Shown here one piece after another: positions 9,590 to 18,511 of a stretch of DNA of 60,786 nucleotides; position 1 is the stretch's first letter; every line of letters begins with the position of its first letter. The stretch is taken from the IMG/VR virus record IMGVR_UViG_3300049149_000035, positions 1 to 60,786 of that record. One strand, given 5' to 3'. Origin of the DNA: a virus (taxonomy: Duplodnaviria > Caudoviricetes). The notes below the pieces were generated by a model that did not search any database, was not told the DNA's origin, and saw only the letters and a list, made by a program, of their open reading frames with translations. The position numbers and the translations under genes were made by a program.

Positions 9590-9632
9590 TGTATGCCATG
9601 AGTTTACAGCCAGGGTGACAGGGTTGTCAACC
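9590..9632 (-). promoter_or_regulatory. Early sigma70-type promoter with (imperfect) dyad
   Basis: TTGACA-18-TAAACT, GTCAC in spacer, CATGGCATACA after -10. Confidence 0.75.
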
Positions 9633-9644
9633 CTGGCTGCGCTC

Positions 9645-9881
9645 TCACTGCTCGGCGTGCGCGATCGCCGTACGGGCGTCGCTGTACCCCTCGTCGCCGC
9701 AGACCAAGATCTGGATCGTGCGGCCGGAGTGCAGGTGGATCAGCACCTGCCACACGGAGTCACCCTCGTCGGCGCCCTCGTCGGCGTACTCCGACCCCGC
9801 CACGCACTTGATCGTCGCGCTCTCCATGTGCCGGGGATTGATCACGTACTCGGTGCCGTCGCGGTCTTCGATGCTGATCAT
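9645..9881 (-). CDS. Hypothetical protein
   Basis: ATGA overlap, MISIEDRDGTEYVINP. Confidence 0.55.
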   Translation of the reverse strand: MISIEDRDGTEYVINPRHMESATIKCVAGSEYADEGADEGDSVWQVLIHLHSGRTIQILVCGDEGYSDARTAIAHAEQ

Positions 9882-10228
9882 CGTCCGGCCGCCTTCGACT
9901 TCAGCTCGGCGACGCGGCGAGCGATCTCGGCGCGAAGGACCTTCGCGCTCGTGCTGTTCAGCTTGCCGAGGTGCACTGTCTGCGCGTACTTGTCGATCAG
10001 GTCCATGAGTGGCGCCGGTAGGGCGGATGCCGCGTTCTCGCAGATTGCGATGGCGGCGCCGGGTGTCGTCCAGGACGACAGGGGCTTGGCGTCGTCGGAC
10101 CCGCCCTCTGTACGGGCGTAGGCCTTGGCGCTCGCGCCGCTGCGGATGACCTCGAAGATCATGCCCCGGAAGGTGGCCTCGATGTCGCCGTCCGGGTCGC
10201 CGGTGCTGAGTTTCCAGGTGAGTAGCAT
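9878..10228 (-). CDS. Hypothetical early protein
   Basis: RBS AAAGGAG; downstream of promoter. Confidence 0.65.
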   Translation of the reverse strand: MLLTWKLSTGDPDGDIEATFRGMIFEVIRSGASAKAYARTEGGSDDAKPLSSWTTPGAAIAICENAASALPAPLMDLIDKYAQTVHLGKLNSTSAKVLRAEIARRVAELKSKAAGR

Positions 10229-10253
10229 GTCGGGCTCCTTTCGCCGTTCGTTC

Positions 10254-10296
10254 TGTATGTCCAGACACTACAGCACGGTTGACCGCGCTGTCAACT
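10254..10296 (-). promoter_or_regulatory. Early promoter with TTGAC-N6-GTCAA dyad
   Basis: TTGACA-18-TAGTGT, GGACATACA downstream. Confidence 0.8.
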
Positions 10297-10311
10297 CCAC
10301 CTGAACGGAAG

Positions 10312-10349
10312 GAGCCCCCGAGTCCAGTAGGCCCTGGACTCGGGGGCTC
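10312..10349. terminator. Intrinsic terminator
   Basis: GAGCCCCCGAGTCCAG...CTGGACTCGGGGGCTC hairpin. Confidence 0.75.
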
Positions 10350-10364
10350 GCCTCCCAAGGGGTC

Positions 10365-10907
10365 TTACGCCTCCAGTCGTAACACGTCCAGCCCTGCGGT
10401 GCCCGCCGCGTACTGCCCGGCGGCCTCGCCGAGGACCTCCTTCAGGCCCGCGTCCGCGCGGATGCCGATCGAGCGGAACGCGCCACCCTGTACCCAGATG
10501 ACGCCCGGCACCTGCGTGCCCTCGTCGTCGCGCACGCCGCGCGTGTCGCCCGGCTCCAGGCGCTCGTCCAGGCCGTCGTCCCCTTGCTGGAGCACGGGCA
10601 TGTAGCCCTCCAGGAGCTTCTTCACCCAGCTCGGGTTGCGCGCCTCCAGGACCGGTTGCATGCGGTGCACGACCTCGCCCGGGAAGCGCTTCTTCAGGTA
10701 GAGCAGAAAGGACTCCTGGTCGGTCACGCTGGCGTGGGACTTCGTGAGGTTCGAGACCACCTGCCCGCCCGGCAGTCGGTCGGTCGACGCAGCACCGTCC
10801 CGCTCGTGTCGCTCGCGGGCGCGGTGTTCCAGCTCGTCGCGGAGCGCGGCGGCGGCGGCCTCGTGCGCCAGCATCAGCGCGAAGACCTCGGCCTGGCTAC
10901 GGGACAT
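10365..10907 (-). CDS. Hypothetical protein (recombination-module associated)
   Basis: N-terminal coiled coil, VTDQESFL..L, VPGV motif as in Gp157/Gam-like neighbours of SSAPs (inference). Confidence 0.5.
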   Translation of the reverse strand: MSRSQAEVFALMLAHEAAAAALRDELEHRARERHERDGAASTDRLPGGQVVSNLTKSHASVTDQESFLLYLKKRFPGEVVHRMQPVLEARNPSWVKKLLEGYMPVLQQGDDGLDERLEPGDTRGVRDDEGTQVPGVIWVQGGAFRSIGIRADAGLKEVLGEAAGQYAAGTAGLDVLRLEA

Positions 10908-11169
10908 CGGGCTTCCCCTCCCGGTCCAGGGGCACGATCGAGATGAGCCCAAGCCGGGAGCCCAGGAAGTTCACCCACGCGCGCACGATGACCAGGAGCG
11001 GCTGGCGGCGGCCGTTCTCGTACATGCTGACCATGCCCGCCGTGACGCCGATCGCCTCCGCGACCTCGGCCTGCGTAATGCCTTTGCTGATGCGCAGGTC
11101 GCGGAGCGACTTCATCAGCGGGTCGGCCTTGCGCGAGACCCGCACGCCCTCACCCTTCGGCGCTGGCAT
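10897..11169 (-). CDS. XRE/Cro-family HTH regulator
   Basis: LRDLRISKGITQAEVAEAIGVTAGMVSMYENGRRQP. Confidence 0.85.
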   Translation of the reverse strand: MPAPKGEGVRVSRKADPLMKSLRDLRISKGITQAEVAEAIGVTAGMVSMYENGRRQPLLVIVRAWVNFLGSRLGLISIVPLDREGKPDVP

Positions 11170-11425
11170 CGTTCGCCCTCCTGATCTCCTCGTACATGGC
11201 GTCCTTCTCGGCCAGGAACGCGTCCCGGTCGATCCCAAGGAACTTCCCGATCATGACGGCGCGCTCGTTGTCGCCGATCGGCATGAACTCTTCGTGTCCG
11301 GCGGCGCCGACCCACTGGCCGACGACGTACCGGCTCTGGCTGTCCGTCCAGTCGAGGAAGCTGGCCAGCGTGTCCCGCTCGGCCCGGCGGGCGTCCAGCT
11401 TGTCGTGCTCGGGGTGGTCGCTCAC
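11150..11425 (-). CDS. Hypothetical protein
   Basis: HPEHDKL...FLDW...FLGIDRDAFLAEK; RBS GAGGTG. Confidence 0.6.
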   Translation of the reverse strand: MSDHPEHDKLDARRAERDTLASFLDWTDSQSRYVVGQWVGAAGHEEFMPIGDNERAVMIGKFLGIDRDAFLAEKDAMYEEIRRANDASAEG

Positions 11426-11429
11426 GTCG

Positions 11430-11804
11430 TCACCTCGGGTCCGGGTAGTGGCTGCCCTCGTCGTACCGGCGGTATGTGACCTCGTCCACGTCGTGGCAGC
11501 CCTCGGCGTCGTGCTCGGTGTCGCCGGGGTCGGCCTTCAGGCAGAGGCCCCACCGCGCGGGCATGTAGTTGTGGTGGACGCCCCACGCGATGCAGCGTTG
11601 CGACGACGTGGTGTAGCTGTTCCCCCGGCTATCGCGGTACGTGGAGTAGTCCGTGGTGTAGGCGATGCAGGGGTACGTGTCGTAGGTGTAGGCGGCCGAG
11701 TACTGCTTGTGCGTGATGGTGCCGCTCATGGGCGGGTTCGCGCAGGCGGCCAGCGGGAGGCACAGGGCCGCCGCGAGGGCGGCCCTGGTCAGCGTCTTCT
11801 TCAC
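11430..11804 (-). CDS. Putative lipoprotein
   Basis: MKK + hydrophobic stretch + lipobox LAAC. Confidence 0.65.
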   Translation of the reverse strand: MKKTLTRAALAAALCLPLAACANPPMSGTITHKQYSAAYTYDTYPCIAYTTDYSTYRDSRGNSYTTSSQRCIAWGVHHNYMPARWGLCLKADPGDTEHDAEGCHDVDEVTYRRYDEGSHYPDPR

Positions 11805-13309
11805 GGCAGGTCGTATCCCTTGTACTCGACGCCCGACATCAGGGCGTGCTCGGAGATGGTCTTCTCCAGCTCGGCGCGCTGGTCGCCGTCGATCAGACCC
11901 TCGGCGTGGATGCGGTACGCGGCCTTCTGCACGATGGCGTAGTCCTCGGCGCTGGAGGCCACGAAGAGCCGCAGCTCTCGGCCGTTGCTGAGCAGGTCGG
12001 CCACGTCGTCGGCGGTCTTTGCGGTCGCGGCGGCGCTCACAAGCTGCATGTGGAACAGCTCGTCCTGTTGCTTGGCGTACTCCTCGCGCTCCACCTCGGC
12101 CGGGTCCGGCGCCGGGGGGAGCTTGGCGCCACGCTCGCGCGCCACGCCGATCAGCTCCTGGACCTGCCCGCCGGAGAGCACGTCGGCCTCCTGGGCGGCC
12201 TCGGCGCACCCGATCGCGGTCTCGATGTCGCCCTGGTGCTTCGCGGCCTGGATCTCCTCCATGACGTGGTTGTACGTCTTGGTGTTGCGCTCCTTCAGGT
12301 AGTCCGCGCGAGCTTTCAGCCGGACCGTGAGCGCGCTCCGCTCGTTGCCGGTACCCGACAGCGCCCCGCCCAGGTTCGCGGCCTCCAGCGCCTCCATGAC
12401 GGCCTTGCCGTCCTGCCAGCGCTCAATGCCGTCGATCAGCTCGGCGAAGCGGTCCGCGAAGTACTGCACCCAGGTCGGCGCCACCTGCGTGTTGGTCGGC
12501 CCCTGGTCGGAGGTGCGGGCCGCGTTCCAGCAAGGACGCTCGGCGGCGGCGTGCTCCATGACGATCTCCCAGTACGAGACCAGGCGGTCCGGGCTCGCGT
12601 CCGGCACCGTCTCGTAGATCAGGTTCGCCACGCTCTCCGACATTGATCCCACGCCGTCGCGGGTGTGGTACGACGCGTCGGGGTCCGGCTCGTCGGTCGG
12701 GAGTGCGAACACCTGGAGCAGTGCAATGCGGTAGGCGACGCTCATCGCCTTCGCCGAGCCCTTGTCGCTCTGGTCGAGGGATTCGCCGATGACGTCGGCG
12801 TCCACGTGGGAGCCGTCCGGCGCGTAGAAGCGGTACCGCACCTGCACGGTGACTTCGCGGGTCGGCTTGTTGCCCGTGGTCATCGTCTCGCGGTAGTCGA
12901 CCTTCTTGACCTTGGGCACCGGCACGACGCCGTGCAGGCGCATCGCCGGGCCGAGGGCGTTCACCACGGCGTCAATGCCCCGGAAGTTGTAGCCCTGCTG
13001 CTGATTGACGCCGGTCTTCCCGACCGCCTTGACCTCGGCCATCACCTTCGACAGCAGGGCGTAGATCTGCGGTGCGGCGGGAATGGCGCGCAGGCCCAGC
13101 GGGAAGCCGATGCCGCCACGCGGCACGCTGAACTCCGGCGTGCCATACGAGTCCACGTGGACGGCTCCCGTACTCGGGTTGGCGTCATCCTCCTCGGCGC
13201 GCGGGTCCTCTTCCTCGGCGAGGGAGAAGGCGGCATCGATCTTGTCGGCCATGGTCTGCTTGGGGAACAGCTCGTTCTTGGGGAGTTGCTTGGGGGCTTC
13301 GTCTGGCAC
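11801..13309 (-). CDS. ERF-family single-strand annealing protein with long C-terminal extension
   Basis: NQQQGYNFRGIDAVVN...GESLDQSDKGSAKAMSVAYR..LLQVF.LPTDE.DPD. Confidence 0.85.
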   Translation of the reverse strand: MPDEAPKQLPKNELFPKQTMADKIDAAFSLAEEEDPRAEEDDANPSTGAVHVDSYGTPEFSVPRGGIGFPLGLRAIPAAPQIYALLSKVMAEVKAVGKTGVNQQQGYNFRGIDAVVNALGPAMRLHGVVPVPKVKKVDYRETMTTGNKPTREVTVQVRYRFYAPDGSHVDADVIGESLDQSDKGSAKAMSVAYRIALLQVFALPTDEPDPDASYHTRDGVGSMSESVANLIYETVPDASPDRLVSYWEIVMEHAAAERPCWNAARTSDQGPTNTQVAPTWVQYFADRFAELIDGIERWQDGKAVMEALEAANLGGALSGTGNERSALTVRLKARADYLKERNTKTYNHVMEEIQAAKHQGDIETAIGCAEAAQEADVLSGGQVQELIGVARERGAKLPPAPDPAEVEREEYAKQQDELFHMQLVSAAATAKTADDVADLLSNGRELRLFVASSAEDYAIVQKAAYRIHAEGLIDGDQRAELEKTISEHALMSGVEYKGYDLP

Positions 13310-13347
13310 GTCTCTCTCCTAAGACATGTAGTGCGTGAGACCTCACT

Positions 13348-13845
13348 TTACCCCGGGTGAAGCGGGATCCGCAACTCCTCCTCGGTGATCCGGAGCACCG
13401 GGTACCCGAGGGTCAGCGCTTCGTTCGCGCAGCCGGTCGCCCCCCGAGAAGCGTTATGCACAAGCGCTGTGCACAGGTGTGGACGCTCGGCGACCAGCAT
13501 CCGGTGGTTGCGCATCGCCCCGGCGTGGCCCCCGTACATCCGCCACTCGTCACGCTTCACCGGGTAGACCCTCGGCAGCCAGCCCGCCGCGCGGCAGGCG
13601 TCGTGGAACCAGGAGTCCATCCCGATCGCCCCGCCGTGCGACGGCCGGACGTGCGTGCAGCGCTTCAGCGGCCGGGTGTGGCACGGGTCCAGGTACTCCT
13701 TCACGAGCTGGACCATCCGGATCACGACCGGCCGCCACTCGTCCTCCGGCGCGGCGCGGGTGCCGGTCAGCGTCCAGTGGAACGGGAGCTGGAGCGGTTC
13801 GAGCGCCTGGAGCTTGGACTCCAGGCGCTCGATCGCGAGCTTCAC
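13348..13845 (-). CDS. SLOG-superfamily (YspA/DUF2493-like) protein
   Basis: TGTR, HGGAIGMD, W..YG.HAG..RN..M, SRGA motifs. Confidence 0.75.
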   Translation of the reverse strand: MKLAIERLESKLQALEPLQLPFHWTLTGTRAAPEDEWRPVVIRMVQLVKEYLDPCHTRPLKRCTHVRPSHGGAIGMDSWFHDACRAAGWLPRVYPVKRDEWRMYGGHAGAMRNHRMLVAERPHLCTALVHNASRGATGCANEALTLGYPVLRITEEELRIPLHPG

Positions 13846-14234
13846 GCGGCGGCCAGCTTCTCGCGGTGCTTGCGTGTCGCGGCCTCGGCCCGCTGGCGGG
13901 CGGCGGCCAGCTCGGCGAGCACGGCGGCCGGACGCCCGGTCGAACCGAGACGCGGCCGGGGCGCGGCCGGGAGCGCCCGCCGGAGCGCCCGCTCCCGCTG
14001 CTCGGCGATGCGGTGCGCGCCGGTGCGGACATCGGCGGGCAGGACGCGCCGGACGTTGCCCGAGCCGTCGCGGCTGGAGGCGGACGCGTAGTGCTCCAGC
14101 ACGGCCTGGCGGGCGTCGGCGTAGTCGATGCCGTCCAGGATGGTCATCCAGGACTTGGCGGCACCCTCGGGGAACGGCGAGCGGTCAAGCTCACTGATCA
14201 CGGTCAGAAGATCCTGTACCAGGTCAAACCTCAT
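13842..14234 (-). CDS. Helicase loader/inhibitor-like protein (G39P-like)
   Basis: Follows initiator; W..IL....Y.DA..AV..HY pattern. Confidence 0.6.
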   Translation of the reverse strand: MRFDLVQDLLTVISELDRSPFPEGAAKSWMTILDGIDYADARQAVLEHYASASSRDGSGNVRRVLPADVRTGAHRIAEQRERALRRALPAAPRPRLGSTGRPAAVLAELAAARQRAEAATRKHREKLAAA

Positions 14235-15166
14235 TTGGACGTCACCTCCTGCTGACCTCCGTCGATGATCACTCCATCAATGTATCCCCCGAGTGAACTT
14301 GTTTCAAGCGCTTCTCCGGCTTCGAGGCGTGCCAGGTCTTCCCCGGCCCGGTCGTACGCCTCGTCCACCGAGAGGCCCTGCTCGATGTACGCCTGCGTGA
14401 TTTTGGCGCGGAGCCTCTTCCGGTCCGCAAGCTCCTGGTTCTGGACCTGCGCGCTCTTGAACTGCGCACCGGCGGGGGCGCCGGACGTCGGCGCGGTGCC
14501 GTAGCGGTCGGCCGCGTTGAGCATCCAGTTCTGGAAGGTGCGGTCCCAGTTGAGCTTGGTCGCCCCGGCGCCGGTCTTCGAGGTCCAGTAGTTCCTGAAC
14601 TTCGCCAGTTCCAGCCCGGCCCGGTTGTAGAGCATCGGGGGGAGCTTCTCGGCGCACCACGCCTTCGTGCTCTCCGAGGGCATCCAGTCGTCTGCGAGTC
14701 GCGTGCCCCTCTGCGAAGCAGAGGGAGTCTTCTTGGTCTTCTTGAAGATGGTCTTCTTACCGGCGGGTTCACCGGCGCCGGAAAACCCGCTCTGGCTACC
14801 ACCTGCGGAAACATCCTGTTCTGCCTGGTCGGCACCAGGGGCGGATTTTCCGGCGCTGGCAAATCCGCCATCGGCAGGGTCTCTGAGCACGTAGTCGGTG
14901 CGGGAAATCCGCCCTCCCTCGGCGCGCACCTGCTCCCGGGTGAGGTATCCGGCGGCCTCCAGCTCGGCCATTCCGGCGCGCACGGCGTCCTTGCCGTCCG
15001 TGTTCTCGGCGAGGATCTGTTCCACGGTGAGGACGTGTCCCGGGGCGTGGCTCGCGATGTACGCAGCGAGGCCCTTGGCCTTCAGCGAGAGGCGGGGGTC
15101 ACGAAGCCAGGCGTTGCTGATGATCGTAAACGCGTCGGCCGGTACCGGCCCGCGACGGATCGCCAT
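14231..15166 (-). CDS. Replication initiator (wHTH, lambda O/DnaD-like architecture)
   Basis: FTIISNAWLRDPRLSLKAKGL...ELEAAGYL N-domain; FRNYW...K..WDRTFQNW C-domain; RBS AAGGAG. Confidence 0.8.
   Translation of the reverse strand: MAIRRGPVPADAFTIISNAWLRDPRLSLKAKGLAAYIASHAPGHVLTVEQILAENTDGKDAVRAGMAELEAAGYLTREQVRAEGGRISRTDYVLRDPADGGFASAGKSAPGADQAEQDVSAGGSQSGFSGAGEPAGKKTIFKKTKKTPSASQRGTRLADDWMPSESTKAWCAEKLPPMLYNRAGLELAKFRNYWTSKTGAGATKLNWDRTFQNWMLNAADRYGTAPTSGAPAGAQFKSAQVQNQELADRKRLRAKITQAYIEQGLSVDEAYDRAGEDLARLEAGEALETSSLGGYIDGVIIDGGQQEVTSK
14763..14913. repeat. Putative replication origin iterons inside initiator gene
   Basis: Two 28-bp dyads (14763, 14841; 22/28 identical) plus half-site GGGAAATCCGCC at 14902. 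Confidence 0.55.
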
Positions 15167-15296
15167 GTTGGCATACTCCTTCAGTTGTATGTCCGCGCCA
15201 TACGGGCGTACCCTGAAGGCGCGGGTTTGGCTGCTCGCACTTCTCGAAATGGCCCGGCGTGGGGACGCCGGGCTTCTTCGTTTCCTGGGGTAGATC

Positions 15297-15695
15297 CTAC
15301 GCAGCGTCGCCAGGGTAGGTCCGTCGCACCCTGGGGCGGCGCTGGGGGCCGCGAACGCCACGGGTGGCCGGGCGGGCGCCGGACTCCGGCGGCCAGTTGC
15401 CGGTGGTCTCCAGGTAGGGAATCACCTCGGTCACGGCCCGCCAGAGGGGCTTGTCCTCGTAGCGCTGGCCCGCCGGGTCGCCCGGCTCGGGGAACGGGTG
15501 GCGGATCTCGCCGTTCTTGGTCCGGTTCCGCCAGACGCTGGGCGTCTTCGGCGTCAGGCCCGCGAGGGTGGCGATGTCCGTTAGGTCGATCAACGGGTCG
15601 GGGTCCCTCGTGGTGTCGATCTTCAGCCGGTCCCTGATGTTCCGGTGGTACTCGGCCAGCACCTCCGGAGGCAGGTCTTCGAGCCTGTTCGGCAT
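15297..15695 (-). CDS. AlpA/excisionase-like HTH DNA-binding protein
   Basis: IDLTDIATLAGLTPKTPSVWRNR...FPEP...PLW. Confidence 0.65.
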   Translation of the reverse strand: MPNRLEDLPPEVLAEYHRNIRDRLKIDTTRDPDPLIDLTDIATLAGLTPKTPSVWRNRTKNGEIRHPFPEPGDPAGQRYEDKPLWRAVTEVIPYLETTGNWPPESGARPATRGVRGPQRRPRVRRTYPGDAA

Positions 15696-15820
15696 GATCT
15701 CTGTCTCCCTCCTATGCACTTGTATTGCGCTGAGCAACATGTCTGCGCGTAAGATACAATCATGACGGCTTGCCGGATCAAGAGCAAGCCCGCACATCGG
15801 GAGGGAGGTAGACCGTACGT

Positions 15821-16297
15821 ATGAGTCTCGACACGGCAAGGGCGCGGACCCTGGCGAGAAGCTGGGGCAAATGCGAGGGATGCGGCAAGTTCGGGCTTCA
15901 CCTGGACGCCCACCATCGCCAGGCGCGAGGAGCCGGAGGCGTTCACGGGGAGGCCGCAGAGGTCTCGAACGACCCCCGCAACATGCTCGCGCTGTGCCGC
16001 ACCTGCCACGACGAGACTGAGCACGCCCAGACGTGGGACCTCACGGAGACCACGGGATGGCGAATCCCGCACTTCGTGGACGACCCACACGGCGTGCCCG
16101 CGCTCATACACACGGTCAACGGATACGGATGGTGGCTACTCACACAGGACGATGGCTATCGGTGGATCGACTGGACTACGGACCAGCGAATCTCCTACGC
16201 GGCACGCGGCGGCAGTACGACTACCGGGAAGTGGGCACCTACGCCCACCGATCCCAGCTCGGCGACCTGGATGCGCTACGGGAAGCCGTCCACCTGA
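15821..16297 (+). CDS. HNH endonuclease
   Basis: CEGC...HHRQARGAGG...N...LCRTCH. Confidence 0.85.
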   Translation: MSLDTARARTLARSWGKCEGCGKFGLHLDAHHRQARGAGGVHGEAAEVSNDPRNMLALCRTCHDETEHAQTWDLTETTGWRIPHFVDDPHGVPALIHTVNGYGWWLLTQDDGYRWIDWTTDQRISYAARGGSTTTGKWAPTPTDPSSATWMRYGKPST

Positions 16298-16968
16298 AGG
16301 ACTTCATCCCGCCGTTGCTGGCCCTCCAGCCCGGCGCCGGGTGGGTCGTCCTCATGGGTGAGCGGCGCTGGGAGGCGATGCGCCTGGAGCGCCTGCCCGG
16401 CTCCTGCTACGTCGCTCGGACGTTCAGCCACGTGCTCTCCTGGATGCTGCTCGACATCGCCAGGCCCGGCGGCTCGCCCATGTCGATGGTCGAAGCCGTC
16501 TACCTGATCCAGAAGATCCAGCAATGCGTCCCGACCACGAAGCGCGACGAGCTGGACCGCACGATCTGCGAGTACCTGTCCCTGGACGTCGACCAGGTAC
16601 GGGAAACCCGCTACATGCTGCGCTGGATCGACAAGCAGTACCCGGAGGCCATCCAGGAGATGGCGCGCCGGGAGCTGGACGGCGTCCACAAGGGCACGGC
16701 CGGTCGGCCGTCGTCCGCCGACGCCCGGATCACGCGCGAGTTCAAGCGGCTCACGCAGCCGCAGGTGTCCCCTGCGCAGCAGCGCAAGATCCTGAACAAC
16801 TCGGCGGCCGTGGCCGCCGGGCTCATCGATGGAATCCAGGCCCTCGGCACCCTCGCCGACACCCTGGACCCCGGGGAATGCGCCCAGTGGGCGACCCAGT
16901 TCGGCGCGGCGCGCCGAGAGCTGGAGCGTCTGACTAGGCAACTCAAGGAGAGAGGTAACACCCAGTGA
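16162..16968 (+). CDS. ParB/Srx-like N-terminal domain protein
   Basis: IPPLL...VVLMGERRWEA motif; start uncertain, overlaps HNH. Confidence 0.6.
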   Translation: MDRLDYGPANLLRGTRRQYDYREVGTYAHRSQLGDLDALREAVHLKDFIPPLLALQPGAGWVVLMGERRWEAMRLERLPGSCYVARTFSHVLSWMLLDIARPGGSPMSMVEAVYLIQKIQQCVPTTKRDELDRTICEYLSLDVDQVRETRYMLRWIDKQYPEAIQEMARRELDGVHKGTAGRPSSADARITREFKRLTQPQVSPAQQRKILNNSAAVAAGLIDGIQALGTLADTLDPGECAQWATQFGAARRELERLTRQLKERGNTQ

Positions 16969-17747
16969 CAACGCCCATCCAGCACAAGATCGAAACCCGC
17001 AAGCCGGGGAGCGTGACCGTGGACCTGCGGGTCCAGCGGCCCCTGGACCAGCGCCGGGTTGACGCCCTGATCGGCGAGTGGGACCCGATGGCCCTCGGCG
17101 TGCCGACCCTGAGCGCCCGCGAGGACGGCACCCTGATCTGCCTCGACGGCAACCACCGGCTCGAAGTCCTGCGCCAGACCGGCCAGGGCGACAAGGCGAT
17201 CTCCTGCACGGTCTACCGGGGGCTGTCCCTGGAGCAGGAGGCCGCGATGTTCGCCAAGCTCAACAACACCAAGCGGCTGTCCCCGCTCCAGCTCTTCGCG
17301 GTCGCCGTCGTACAGAACGAGCCGCTGGCGCTGGCCTGCAACCTGATCGTGGACCGTGCGGGCCTGATCGCCGAGCGGGGCCACAAGAACAGCTTCGTGG
17401 CCGTGACCGCGCTGATGCGCGCGTACGAATGGGACAAGGGCAATTCGGCCAGCGCCGCGCTCACGACGGCGGTCGCCGCGTGGGGGCCGCGCCGGGAGGC
17501 CGTCGTCGGCCACCTTTTCTCCGGCCTGGCGAACGTCTTCTACCGCTACGGGGAGCAGGTCAACGCCTCGCAGCTCGTGGAGAAGCTGCGCCGCACCGCG
17601 CAGTGCGACCCGGACAGCATCATCGGCCGGGCGCGGACCAACGCGCGCACCCGGGGTATCTCCGTGGTGGACGCCGTGGCGGACATCGTGGTCAACGCGT
17701 ACAACGTCAACCGCAAGACGAACAGGCTCCCCACCTGGGAGGTCTAA
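16965..17747 (+). CDS. ParB-like protein (DUF6551-like)
   Basis: VD..VQRPL...W...LG...S.R....LDGNHRL...EAAMFAKLN. Confidence 0.75.
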   Translation: MTTPIQHKIETRKPGSVTVDLRVQRPLDQRRVDALIGEWDPMALGVPTLSAREDGTLICLDGNHRLEVLRQTGQGDKAISCTVYRGLSLEQEAAMFAKLNNTKRLSPLQLFAVAVVQNEPLALACNLIVDRAGLIAERGHKNSFVAVTALMRAYEWDKGNSASAALTTAVAAWGPRREAVVGHLFSGLANVFYRYGEQVNASQLVEKLRRTAQCDPDSIIGRARTNARTRGISVVDAVADIVVNAYNVNRKTNRLPTWEV

Positions 17748-17755
17748 CCGTCCGT

Positions 17756-17796
17756 GAGGTCCCGGGACCGGACATCGAGCCGGACCCCGGGGCCTC
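17756..17796 (+). terminator. GC-rich hairpin, probable terminator
   Basis: GAGGTCCCGGGACCGG...CCGGACCCCGGGGCCTC just after stop. Confidence 0.5.
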
Positions 17797-17832
17797 CCTG
17801 CGGTAGCGTCCCACACCAGGAGGTCCGAAACC

Positions 17833-18429
17833 ATGACACACAGTGAGTTCATGGCCACGCTGTACGGCATCGCGTTCCTCGCGGCGGCGGCCATCTACGT
17901 CTACGTGTACGCCTGCGCAGGACCGCGCACCCGCTCCATCCTGCTCCTCGGCGTGCCCTACCTGATCTTCACCACCGGCCGCCACGCCCCCGGCCCCGGC
18001 CGGTCGCCCAGCGTCGACGCCGTACCGCTGCACGTCGGCGCCACCGAGAACTCCCCCACCCTCGTCTCCGAGATGATGGCCGTGGGCGCCTTCGCCGACG
18101 CCACCCCGACCGAGGTACTGCGCGCCCTGCGCGCCGACCCAACCGTCCAGCTCTCCTACACTCCCGTGCCGCCCACGCTGCACGTCGCGGTACCGATGAC
18201 GCACGAGCCCACCCACGCGCTCGACGACGAGGCCCAGGCCATTCTGGACCGCTTCGACCGGCACGTGCGCGGTTGGATGTCGGCGCCCGACTACGTACAG
18301 GAGTGGCAGCAGCACGTGGACGCCGTGCACCGCGACGCGGGCCTGTTCGACGAGGGCCACCGGCGCTGGCGCGCTGGGGCGTGGGACGTGGCCACCGGCG
18401 AGATGCCCCGGATTCGGATCCCGGCGTAG
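17833..18429 (+). CDS. Hypothetical membrane-anchored protein
   Basis: RBS AGGAGG; hydrophobic N-terminus. Confidence 0.6.
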   Translation: MTHSEFMATLYGIAFLAAAAIYVYVYACAGPRTRSILLLGVPYLIFTTGRHAPGPGRSPSVDAVPLHVGATENSPTLVSEMMAVGAFADATPTEVLRALRADPTVQLSYTPVPPTLHVAVPMTHEPTHALDDEAQAILDRFDRHVRGWMSAPDYVQEWQQHVDAVHRDAGLFDEGHRRWRAGAWDVATGEMPRIRIPA

Positions 18430-18445
18430 AACTGCCCCACCTGGA

Positions 18446-18486
18446 TTTGACACTGCGGTCAACCGCCTGTATGGTCATGGCATACA
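18446..18486 (+). promoter_or_regulatory. Early promoter with TTGAC-N6-GTCAA dyad
   Basis: TTGACA-17-TATGGT then CATGGCATACA. Confidence 0.8.
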
Positions 18487-18511
18487 ACACCTCAGGGAGA
18501 GAGGGAACGAC

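Noticed and set aside
15696-15820. Lysis-lysogeny switch in divergent intergenic region (TTGTAT...ATACAA dyad, GGCTTGC/GCAAGCC hairpin)
   Set aside because: Probably regulatory, but the flanking genes are an AlpA-like HTH and an HNH rather than a repressor/Cro pair, and there is no integrase.
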